12,963 bases of DNA, taken from positions 1 through 12,963 of the IMG/VR virus record IMGVR_UViG_2541047825_000010; one strand, given 5' to 3'. This document shows positions 6,618 through 12,963 of this stretch, piece by piece (positions within the stretch are counted from its first letter, which is position 1; each line of letters opens with the position of its first letter). The translations under genes and the position numbers were made by a program. The notes beneath the pieces are model-generated. The model was not told the origin of the DNA, made no database searches, and was given only the letters and a program-made list of their open reading frames with translations. The stretch comes from a virus (lineage: Duplodnaviria > Heunggongvirae > Uroviricota > Caudoviricetes).

Positions 6618-7000
6618 TGGCACATTCGATTACAGTAAGACTAAACAAACCCGCAAGAGAGTTTCAGGCCGGGGAAAATATCGGATTCAACATCCGTGCT
6701 GGCGTTCAGTATTACGATCGCCAGACAAAAAAGAAAGAATGGACAAACTACAGCGCCGTTGTATTTGCCAAGCCGGGAGCGCAAGCGGATTACTACCGTA
6801 GTGTTCTTGTTGAAGGTGGCATTGTGGAAATTACCGGAGAAAACATCAGGGTTGATGTTTATCAGGGGCAAAATGGTCAATCAATCACTCTTGAATTACT
6901 GAATGCAAAGATTGGATTTGCAGCTTCAGGAAACAGCCAACAGCAGCAAAGTAGCAATCATCAAAATCATCCTGAATACGACGATTCAATTCCATTCTAG
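6617..7000 (+). CDS. Compact SSB-like single-stranded DNA-binding protein, 127 aa
   Basis: C-terminal tip PEYDDSIPF resembles the conserved bacterial SSB tail DDDIPF, after a Q-rich linker and a short strand-rich N-terminal domain. Shine-Dalgarno AAGGAG. TAATG overlap with erf. Confidence 0.65.
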   Translation: MAHSITVRLNKPAREFQAGENIGFNIRAGVQYYDRQTKKKEWTNYSAVVFAKPGAQADYYRSVLVEGGIVEITGENIRVDVYQGQNGQSITLELLNAKIGFAASGNSQQQQSSNHQNHPEYDDSIPF

Positions 7001-7023
7001 ATTAGCAAAATAAGGATTCCATT

Positions 7024-7317
7024 ATGCCAGCGCCTCTGTATGGTGCGGATGACCCGCGCCGCTGTTCCGGCAATTCCGTATCGGAGGTGCTGGATAAATT
7101 CAGGAAAAACTACAACCGGATAATGTCGATACCGCAGGAAACGAAAGAGGAAAAGGAATTTCGCCATTGTATATGGCTTGCAGAGAAAGAAGAACGCGAG
7201 CGAATTTACCAGACATCAATCCGACCATTCCGCAAAGCCACATATACCCACTTCCCTGAAATTGACCCGCGCCTGCGTAATTACCGCTCACGCTATGGCG
7301 CTATCAGTAATGACTGA
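7024..7317 (+). CDS. Hypothetical protein, 97 aa
   Basis: Shine-Dalgarno TAAGGA 7 nt upstream. Position after erf and the 97-aa length are compatible with P22 Abc2 (anti-RecBCD), but this rests on synteny and length only. Confidence 0.6.
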   Translation: MPAPLYGADDPRRCSGNSVSEVLDKFRKNYNRIMSIPQETKEEKEFRHCIWLAEKEERERIYQTSIRPFRKATYTHFPEIDPRLRNYRSRYGAISND

Positions 7318-7327
7318 GGAATTTACC

Positions 7328-7492
7328 ATGAGAGGACTTGCATACAATCCCGGCATTCTTCCGGCAGAAATGATTATTCGCCAACGCGTAAAGCCAATGC
7401 CATCGAGAGAGGAATTGCTTAAGAGAAATTCTTTTCCATCAGTGAATCAAAACAAATATCTGAATGCGATGTGGCGGAGTGGGAAAAAATGA
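7328..7492 (+). CDS. Hypothetical protein, 54 aa
   Basis: Shine-Dalgarno GAGGA 7 nt upstream. Stop overlaps the next start. Confidence 0.45.
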   Translation: MRGLAYNPGILPAEMIIRQRVKPMPSREELLKRNSFPSVNQNKYLNAMWRSGKK

Positions 7493-7926
7493 AACAAATG
7501 TCACTAATTGAGATGGATGGTTTTCTGAAAGGTAAATGCATCCCACGAGATTTAAAGGTTAACGAAACAAACGCTGAATATCTGGTGCGTAAATTTGCTG
7601 AAGCGGAGGCCAAGTGCGCGGCGCTGGCTGCTGAAGTTGAGGCTGTGAAATCAGCACATCAAGATGCTGTAAACACCATCATGTATACCGCCAATCGAAC
7701 GGGTGTTTTATACACAGAGAAGGCAATTCAAATGTCCTGCAAAACCCCGGCCACCGATGCTTTCCTGACTGAAGTCCGGGCTAAGGCGTTTGATGACCTT
7801 TGCGCGGCGTTCGTTAAGCACGCGTCGGTGTCCGGGCTGGACGATGGCGACTGCGTTACGGTGAAAGAGGCGACTGACGCCCTGCTGCATTGTGCGGAAC
7901 AGCTTCACAAGGGAGTGCATTCATGA
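7489..7926 (+). CDS. Hypothetical protein, 145 aa
   Basis: ATGA overlap with the upstream ORF. Shine-Dalgarno GGAG. Ala/Glu-rich predicted helical segment. No family recognised. Confidence 0.6.
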   Translation: MKQMSLIEMDGFLKGKCIPRDLKVNETNAEYLVRKFAEAEAKCAALAAEVEAVKSAHQDAVNTIMYTANRTGVLYTEKAIQMSCKTPATDAFLTEVRAKAFDDLCAAFVKHASVSGLDDGDCVTVKEATDALLHCAEQLHKGVHS

Positions 7927-8156
7927 GCAACCTACTACCATGTCCATTCTGTGGCGGTGCAGCGCACGTTGCCAGCGAAGCAGATCACCCTGAATATGGC
8001 TCTGGCGGTCGATTCTATTTCGTTCGATGCGGTACGTGTCGCGCTCAATCTGGTAGCAAATATGCAGCGCCTGGAAATGACTGCGCGATTTTTTATTCAG
8101 AGGTTAGAGCAGAGTGGAATCAGCGAGCAAAGGAGGCAACCAGTGAGCAAGATTGA
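7923..8156 (+). CDS. Lar-family-like zinc-ribbon protein (restriction alleviation), 77 aa
   Basis: N-terminal LLPCPFCGG...C..C zinc-ribbon signature typical of the Lar family as recalled. ATGA overlap with the upstream gene. Confidence 0.6.
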   Translation: MSNLLPCPFCGGAAHVASEADHPEYGSGGRFYFVRCGTCRAQSGSKYAAPGNDCAIFYSEVRAEWNQRAKEATSEQD

Positions 8157-8550
8157 CTATCAGGCACTGCGTGAAGCGGCAGAGAAAGCCGGTGAAGATA
8201 AGTGGCAGGCTAAAAAAATAAATGGTGATTTTTTCGTTATTCGTCACGGTAGTTATACAAGACAGCATGGCTACACATCGTATCAACCCATTGCGGAGAT
8301 TGATTGTAAGCCAGTCCGGGATTTTGTTGCCAAGGCTAATCCGGCTACCGTGCTGGAATTACTGGATGAACTGGAAGCAGCAAAAAAGCGCATTGCAGAA
8401 CTGGAAGCGCGGGAAATATCGCTCCCGGAACGTAGCAGCATGCTTCATCGAACAGATTTTCACGATGATTACCAAACGGTAATGGCATACAAAGTTTCTG
8501 AAGTCATCGATGCAATCCGCGCTACTGGCATTCGCATCAAAGGAGAGTGA
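8143..8550 (+). CDS. Ead/Ea22-like protein, 135 aa
   Basis: GTG start 6 nt after a strong AGGAGG. KIDYQALREAAEKAGED and NPATVLELLDELEAAKKRIAELEA resemble Ea22-family motifs as recalled. Overlaps the Lar-like gene by 14 nt. Confidence 0.6.
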   Translation: MSKIDYQALREAAEKAGEDKWQAKKINGDFFVIRHGSYTRQHGYTSYQPIAEIDCKPVRDFVAKANPATVLELLDELEAAKKRIAELEAREISLPERSSMLHRTDFHDDYQTVMAYKVSEVIDAIRATGIRIKGE

Positions 8551-8551
8551 T

Positions 8552-8839
8552 ATGGCAACTTTGCAGGAATTAATCGACCTGACGCCAGAACAGGAAAAAG
8601 CGTGGAATCGCCTTGTGAAGGCTGTAAAGGATTTCAGGGCAGCCGGAGGAAAGTTTTATAGCGTCCTGGACACGCTGAGCGCATACAACGGCGAGCACGT
8701 TGCCAGCATTGATAACGATAAGGGCTACCACACTGCAAGCGTCTATATGCCTAGCATTGATGCGCCAGGGCTAACCAGTTGGGCTGATGATTGGCACGGC
8801 ATCACGCTGAAAGATGGCGTTGAAGTGGATGAGGACTAA
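8552..8839 (+). CDS. Hypothetical protein, 95 aa
   Basis: Shine-Dalgarno AGGAGAG. ATG 1 nt after the upstream stop. Confidence 0.6.
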   Translation: MATLQELIDLTPEQEKAWNRLVKAVKDFRAAGGKFYSVLDTLSAYNGEHVASIDNDKGYHTASVYMPSIDAPGLTSWADDWHGITLKDGVEVDED

Positions 8840-8842
8840 CAC

Positions 8843-9529
8843 ATGACTACTTTTACCGACAAAGAACTGATTAAAGAAATCAGAGAGCGAATCGGCAGCC
8901 TGGACGTGCGAGACAATATTGAGCGCCTGGCTTATGAAATCGCACTGGCATCGCTGGCAGCAGTATCGGATGAACGAGCAGCCTATGAATTATTTATGGA
9001 GAAGCGTTTCGGGGAATCTGTAGATCGCCGTAGGGCAAAAAATGGCGATAGAGAATACATGGCATGGGATATGGCGCTTGGCTGGATTATCTGGTGTCAC
9101 CGCGCCGCCATGCTTCAGGGTAGCCAACCTGTAAGCCAAACTTACAACTTGCCAGAATTAATCGAAGGCATGGAAGTTTCCATTGATGTAAGCACTTGTG
9201 ATGCTGATTTAGGTAATCGCTATTTCGGCACCGTCACCGAGGCGTTAGAACTTGATACAGCCAAGAATGGTTACATCCTCCTGGTTCAGGACGCAGAGCC
9301 AAACTTCGATGTAAATGGCAACTATCCGGTAATTCCGGATGGTTGGATAAGCTGTAGTGAGCGAATGCCCCCTCAAGATGATTGGATTTTAATTTATTCA
9401 AAGCACGGCGAGTATATGGCAGGACAGGTGCAAGGGGAATACGTGGAGTTGAGCGACGGCACTTTATCGTGGTTAGGGAACGTCTTGTTCTGGATGACGT
9501 TGCCAGAACCTCCGAAGGGGGCGAAATGA
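8843..9529 (+). CDS. DUF551-like phage protein, 228 aa
   Basis: C-terminal DGWISCSERMPPQDDWILIY...WMTLPEPP resembles the DUF551 signature as recalled. Shine-Dalgarno GAGGA. Confidence 0.7.
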   Translation: MTTFTDKELIKEIRERIGSLDVRDNIERLAYEIALASLAAVSDERAAYELFMEKRFGESVDRRRAKNGDREYMAWDMALGWIIWCHRAAMLQGSQPVSQTYNLPELIEGMEVSIDVSTCDADLGNRYFGTVTEALELDTAKNGYILLVQDAEPNFDVNGNYPVIPDGWISCSERMPPQDDWILIYSKHGEYMAGQVQGEYVELSDGTLSWLGNVLFWMTLPEPPKGAK

Positions 9530-9786
9530 TGGATGTAAAAGAGAAGGTTTTGCAGGTGATGCGTTCCCGGGCTGCCCTGCAAGATAAAGCTCTCGGCGGG
9601 GAATATCCATTCACGATAGCAACCTGGAATCTGCGGTTGGCAATGGAGAAGGAATTTCCTGATGAAGAATGGCGTTCGGCAGATTTGCGCAAAATTCTTA
9701 TGGAGCTGGCTAAAGACGGAACAGTATCCAAAGATACCCATGCCAGCCGGATTGGTCAGGCGGTATGGAGACTGGAGGTGAGGTAA
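9526..9786 (+). CDS. Hypothetical protein, 86 aa
   Basis: ATGA overlap with the upstream stop. Shine-Dalgarno AAGGGGG. Confidence 0.6.
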   Translation: MMDVKEKVLQVMRSRAALQDKALGGEYPFTIATWNLRLAMEKEFPDEEWRSADLRKILMELAKDGTVSKDTHASRIGQAVWRLEVR

Positions 9787-10070
9787 TGGCTAACCTGCAA
9801 CTTGCCGTTAAAGGTGAATACTTCGATGCCATGATTCGCGGGGAGAAAACGGAAGAGTATCGCCTGTGTAATGACTACTGGAATAAGCGCCTCGTTAACC
9901 GTAAGTATGACCGCCTGATTATCACAAAGGGATATCCGAAGCGCGACGATTCCAGCCGCAGAATTGACGTCCCGTATGACGGATATGAAATCAAGACAAT
10001 CACACATCCCCACTTCGGCGATAAACCGGTAAAGGTGTTCGCGATAAAGGTGAATATCGGCAATGAATAA
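9786..10070 (+). CDS. ASCH-like small beta-barrel protein, 94 aa
   Basis: LAVKGEYFDAMIRGEKTEEYR fits the ASCH pattern (YF..I..G.KT.E.R) as recalled. TAATG coupling. Shine-Dalgarno GGAGGTGAGG. Confidence 0.55.
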   Translation: MANLQLAVKGEYFDAMIRGEKTEEYRLCNDYWNKRLVNRKYDRLIITKGYPKRDDSSRRIDVPYDGYEIKTITHPHFGDKPVKVFAIKVNIGNE

Positions 10071-10104
10071 CAATCCTCGAACTCGCGGGGATTTCTTTTA
10101 TCTG

Positions 10105-10130
10105 AACTCGCTACGGCGGGTTTTGTTTTA
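10105..10130 (+). terminator. Rho-independent terminator closing the coupled operon
   Basis: AACTCGC-TACG-GCGGGTT hairpin followed by TTGTTTTA. A degenerate upstream copy sits at 10078-10100. Confidence 0.45.
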
Positions 10131-10141
10131 TGGAGATGATT

Positions 10142-10441
10142 ATGGCCTGTTCAACATTCAACCATCTAACGTTACAGAAATACCAGCCAGACCCTGAAGA
10201 TTTATGCTCACTGTGTGGCGGAAATCATGGTAAAGCCGCCATGATCGAATGTAAGGACAAAATCCACATTTGCCTTAATTGCGTTGATGTCCTCGTTGAT
10301 ATCAAAAATGAGAGAGAAGATAAAAAGCGTAGCGAGGCTATTCGCGCATTAGATTCATGGATGCGAGATGGGTATAGTGCTGCGCAAATTTATGACTTCG
10401 CAATATCAAAAGGCGAAATACCAGGAGTGCGCATCGAATAA
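10142..10441 (+). CDS. Hypothetical Cys-rich (CxxC...CxxC) protein, 99 aa
   Basis: Three in-frame ATGs (10130, 10136, 10142). 10142 is chosen for the GGAGA Shine-Dalgarno 5 nt upstream. Cysteine pairs CSLCGG and CLNC. Confidence 0.55.
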   Translation: MACSTFNHLTLQKYQPDPEDLCSLCGGNHGKAAMIECKDKIHICLNCVDVLVDIKNEREDKKRSEAIRALDSWMRDGYSAAQIYDFAISKGEIPGVRIE

Positions 10442-10483
10442 GACGTAACCAATATTCGAATTGAAGAACTGAAAGAACACCAA

Positions 10484-10506
10484 GCCGCCTGATGGCGGTT
10501 TTTTAT
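10484..10506 (+). terminator. Rho-independent terminator
   Basis: CCGCC-TGAT-GGCGG hairpin followed by TTTTTTATT. Confidence 0.6.
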
Positions 10507-10518
10507 TGGAGACAAGAA

Positions 10519-10863
10519 ATGTCAGATTTGGCTATGAAGATTTTGAAATGGCAAACGACTGGCGATGTTGGCATCAGTAGCGCAACTCTTGCCTCAATCG
10601 CATGTGGACTGAAAAAGAATATCTATGGTCATCACTTCGGCGCTCCACATGACGCAGCAGATTTCCGACGATGCGTTGCACTTGTTGAGCAGATTCCAGA
10701 AGTCAGAGATTCATTCGACAAGGTTGCAAAGCGTGTTCCGGCATTCAAAGGCATTCTCAACGAATGGGATTCCCTCGTTGCTCTGTTGAAGTCTGAAATG
10801 AAGATACACGGAAACAAAGCACCAGAGACTTACAGAAGAATTAGCGAGTTACGCAAGGATTAA
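10519..10863 (+). CDS. Hypothetical protein, 114 aa
   Basis: Shine-Dalgarno GGAGA 6 nt upstream. The gene sits between the terminator at 10484-10506 and the two downstream terminators. No family recognised. Confidence 0.6.
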   Translation: MSDLAMKILKWQTTGDVGISSATLASIACGLKKNIYGHHFGAPHDAADFRRCVALVEQIPEVRDSFDKVAKRVPAFKGILNEWDSLVALLKSEMKIHGNKAPETYRRISELRKD

Positions 10864-10868
10864 CCACA

Positions 10869-10945
10869 GCCTCACACTCGATGAGGCCTGTTCATTTCTC
10901 AAGATATCCAGACCTACCATCGCCGCATCAATGCGGTTTTTTATT
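10869..10945 (+). terminator. Two tandem terminator hairpins
   Basis: GCCTCA-CACTCGA-TGAGGC (10869-10887, weak T-run) and CCGCA-TCAA-TGCGG followed by TTTTTTATT (10923-10945). Confidence 0.55.
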
Positions 10946-10952
10946 ACCTGAT

Positions 10953-10968
10953 TTGCAGGTTCGATTCC
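10953..10968 (+). other. tRNA 3'-half fragment: T-arm portion TTGCAGGTTCGATTCC (att-associated)
   Basis: 16-nt match to the T-stem and T-loop of a tRNA (argW-type tRNA-Arg as recalled). Similarity stops right after GATTCC. Confidence 0.4.
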
Positions 10969-10987
10969 CTATTCGGAGATAGCACTC

Positions 10988-11188
10988 ATGCAACACGAAC
11001 TACAGCCTGATTCACTGGTTGATTTGAAATTCATCATGGCCGATACTGGCTTTGGTAAAACCTTCATCTACGACCGGATTAAGTCCGGCGACCTGCCAAA
11101 AGCCAAAGTTATCCACGGGCGAGCAAGATGGTTATATCGTGACCATTGTGAATTCAAAAATAAGCTCTTAAGCCGCGCCAATGGGTAA
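10988..11188 (+). CDS. AlpA/Xis-like excisionase-type DNA-binding protein, 66 aa
   Basis: LVDLKFIMADTGFGKTFIYDRIKSGDLPKAKVIHGRARW fits the AlpA-family HTH pattern as recalled. Shine-Dalgarno GGAGA. Lies next to the att-like tRNA fragments. Confidence 0.65.
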   Translation: MQHELQPDSLVDLKFIMADTGFGKTFIYDRIKSGDLPKAKVIHGRARWLYRDHCEFKNKLLSRANG

Positions 11189-11261
11189 AATAGCGGGTAA
11201 AATATTTCTCACATCTAAAAAACACCATTCTAATCAATCCCCTGCCGCGTCAAGTAGATGT

Positions 11262-11276
11262 CTGCAGGGGACACCA
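11262..11276 (+). other. tRNA 3'-end fragment CTGCAGGGGACACCA (acceptor 3' strand plus CCA; att-associated)
   Basis: Matches the 3' terminus of the same tRNA. No corresponding 5' half anywhere in the window. Confidence 0.45.
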
Positions 11277-11662
11277 GATACCCTTCAAACGATATCTACC
11301 TTCACCCCGTAAAAGATAAGTTTGGCAGCACATTTGCCCTATCTACTCATTTTTCCTGCAACAGGTTGAAATCTCAACACGGTCAGAAAACGCTGATGAC
11401 TAAACAGCCCTGGGCTGGGCGATGTAACCATCACACACAATCCTGATCGCGAAATATGGCGTGACTTGATACTTCACTCCACAATGCTTTCCTTGATGAA
11501 TTCGCAGGCCCGTGATACACGGGACAGGTCGCTGAATTACGACAATGCCCTGGAAATCAGCGAGCCGTGTATCCGGAGTACATTTGAGCGACTGTACCAG
11601 AACATGAATGAGGCGTTTGGATTAGGCGATTATTAGCAGGGCTAAGCATTTTGGTATTATTA

Positions 11663-11706
11663 TTTTCCGGTTGAGGGATATAGAGCTATCGACAACAACC
11701 GGAAAA
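11663..11706. terminator. Inverted repeat, candidate bidirectional terminator at the cscB 3' end
   Basis: TTTTCCGGTTG (11663-11673) and CAACCGGAAAA (11696-11706) with a 22-nt loop and AT-rich flanks. Lies between convergent reading frames. Confidence 0.4.
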
Positions 11707-11715
11707 AGTTTACGT

Positions 11716-12963
11716 TTATATTGCTGAAGGTACTGGCGTTTCCATCACTATTTGCTCACGTTTTTTACTCAGGAAGAAAATGCCAAATAGCAACATCAGG
11801 CAGACAATACCCGAAATTGCGAAAAAAACCGTCTGGTAGCCTGCGTGGTCAAAGAGTATCCCAGTCGGCGTTGAAAGCAGCACAATCCCCAACGAACTGG
11901 CAATTTGAAAACCAATCAGAAAGATCGTCGACGACAGGCGCTTATCAAAATTTGCCACGCTGTATTTGAAGACGGATATGACACAAAGTGGAACCTCAAT
12001 GGCATGTAACAGCTTCACTAATGAAATAATCCAGGGGTTAACGAATAGCGCGCAGGAAAGGATACGCAACGCCATAATCACAACACCGATAAGTAATGCA
12101 TTTTTTGGCCCTACCCGATTCACAAAGAAAGGAATAATCGCCATGCACAGCGCTTCGAGTACCACCTGGAATGAGTTGAGATAACCATACAGGCGCGTTC
12201 CTACATCGTGGGATTCGAATAAACCTGCATAAAAGACAGGAAAGAGTTGTTGATCAAAAATGTTATAGAAAGACCACGTCCCCACAATAAATATGACGAA
12301 AACCCAGAAGTTTCGATCCTTGAAAACTGCGATAAAATCCTCTTTTTTTACCCCTCCCACATCCGCCGCTACGCACTGGTGTTCCTGCTCTTTAAAACGC
12401 ATGTTGATCATCATAAATACAGCGCCAAATAGAGAGACCAACCAGAAGTTGATATGGGGACTGATACTAAAAAATATGCCAGCAAAGAATGCGCCAATAG
12501 CATAGCCAAAAGATCCCCAGGCGCGCGCTGTTCCATATTCGAAATGAAAATTTCGCGCCATTTTTTCGGTGAAGCTGTCAAGCAAACCGCATCCCGCCAG
12601 ATACCCCAGACCAAAAAAGAGCGCCCCCAGAATTAAACCTACAGAAAAATTGCTTTGCAGTAACGGTTCATAAACGTAAATCATAAACGGTCCGGTCAAG
12701 ACCAAGATGAAACTCATACACCAGATGAGCGGTTTCTTCAGACCGAGTTTATCCTGAACGATGCCGTAGAACATCATAAATAGAATGCTGGTAAACTGGT
12801 TGACCGAATAAAGTGTACCTAATTCCGTCCCTGTCAACCCTAGATGTCCTTTCAGCCAAATAGCGTATAATGACCACCACAGCGACCAGGAAATAAAAAA
12901 GAGAAATGAGTAACTGGATGCAAAACGATAGTACGCATTTCTGAATGGAATATTCAGTGCCAT
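11716..12963 (-). CDS. cscB: Sucrose:H+ symporter, LacY-family MFS (CscB-like), 415 aa
   Basis: Twelve-helix hydrophobic profile. Clear LacY-like blocks (DKLGLKK, GPFMIYVYEPLLQ, EYGTARAWGSFGYAIG, PKNALLIG). N-terminus MALNIPFRNAYYRF matches CscB as recalled. Start codon is at the window edge. Confidence 0.85.
   Translation of the reverse strand: MALNIPFRNAYYRFASSYSFLFFISWSLWWSLYAIWLKGHLGLTGTELGTLYSVNQFTSILFMMFYGIVQDKLGLKKPLIWCMSFILVLTGPFMIYVYEPLLQSNFSVGLILGALFFGLGYLAGCGLLDSFTEKMARNFHFEYGTARAWGSFGYAIGAFFAGIFFSISPHINFWLVSLFGAVFMMINMRFKEQEHQCVAADVGGVKKEDFIAVFKDRNFWVFVIFIVGTWSFYNIFDQQLFPVFYAGLFESHDVGTRLYGYLNSFQVVLEALCMAIIPFFVNRVGPKNALLIGVVIMALRILSCALFVNPWIISLVKLLHAIEVPLCVISVFKYSVANFDKRLSSTIFLIGFQIASSLGIVLLSTPTGILFDHAGYQTVFFAISGIVCLMLLFGIFFLSKKREQIVMETPVPSAI

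Noticed and set aside
6229-6902. Internal and antisense ORFs within erf and the SSB-like gene (6229-6459, 6641-6880, 6696-6902)
   Set aside because: Overlap confident genes in other frames; no start context.
7100-8482. Minus-strand and alternate-frame ORFs (7100-7291, 7419-7613, 7708-7920, 8104-8286, 8222-8482)
   Set aside because: Lie inside the tightly coupled plus-strand gene chain; no independent signals.
9234-10073. Minus-strand ORFs (9234-9731, 9394-9741, 9756-10073, 9875-10063) antisense to the DUF551-like, 86-aa and ASCH-like genes
   Set aside because: Shadow frames of plus-strand genes that have clear ribosome-binding sites and coupling; no ribosome-binding site of their own.
10492-10518. 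Upstream start for the 114-aa ORF at 10492
   Set aside because: Falls inside the terminator hairpin; the ATG at 10519 has a GGAGA Shine-Dalgarno.
11258-11446. 62-aa plus-strand ORF starting in the tRNA 3'-end fragment
   Set aside because: Begins within the att-like tRNA fragment, has no ribosome-binding site, and is low-complexity.
11721-12636. Several 60-82 aa plus-strand ORFs antisense to cscB
   Set aside because: Shadow frames of the confident membrane transporter gene.
1-12963. CRISPR arrays, rRNA, intact tRNA, IS elements or transposases
   Set aside because: No regularly spaced repeat-spacer arrays, no transposase-like ORF with terminal inverted repeats, and only partial tRNA 3' fragments were seen.

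Overview
This window covers the early region of a lambdoid, P22-like prophage in inverted orientation, plus its chromosome junction and a host LacY-family sucrose permease (cscB-like) at the right edge. Left to right: a minus-strand replication module (DnaB-type helicase; O-like initiator with in-gene iterons and an AT-rich ori), an unknown 90-aa ORF, cII with an antisense oop-like RNA, nutR and cro. Then the divergent PR/PRM region with three P22-type operators, the c2 repressor, a strong terminator, OL/PL, nutL and an N-type antiterminator. A long plus-strand PL operon follows: an AT-rich 156-aa moron with its own terminator, two small ORFs, cIII, a Kil-position ORF, erf, a compact SSB-like protein, and nine translationally coupled small genes (Lar-like Zn ribbon, Ea22-like, DUF551-like, ASCH-like and unknowns). 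Next come two ORFs set between terminators, and an AlpA/Xis-like gene flanked by two non-overlapping pieces of a tRNA 3' end, with no integrase. No CRISPR array, rRNA, intact tRNA or transposase was seen. The best candidates for an undescribed function are the 156-aa moron after N and the ORF pair set between terminators near the att junction; neither could be assigned a function. All family assignments are from recall of protein families and motifs, not database searches; coordinates of small RNA and regulatory sites are approximate to a few bases.
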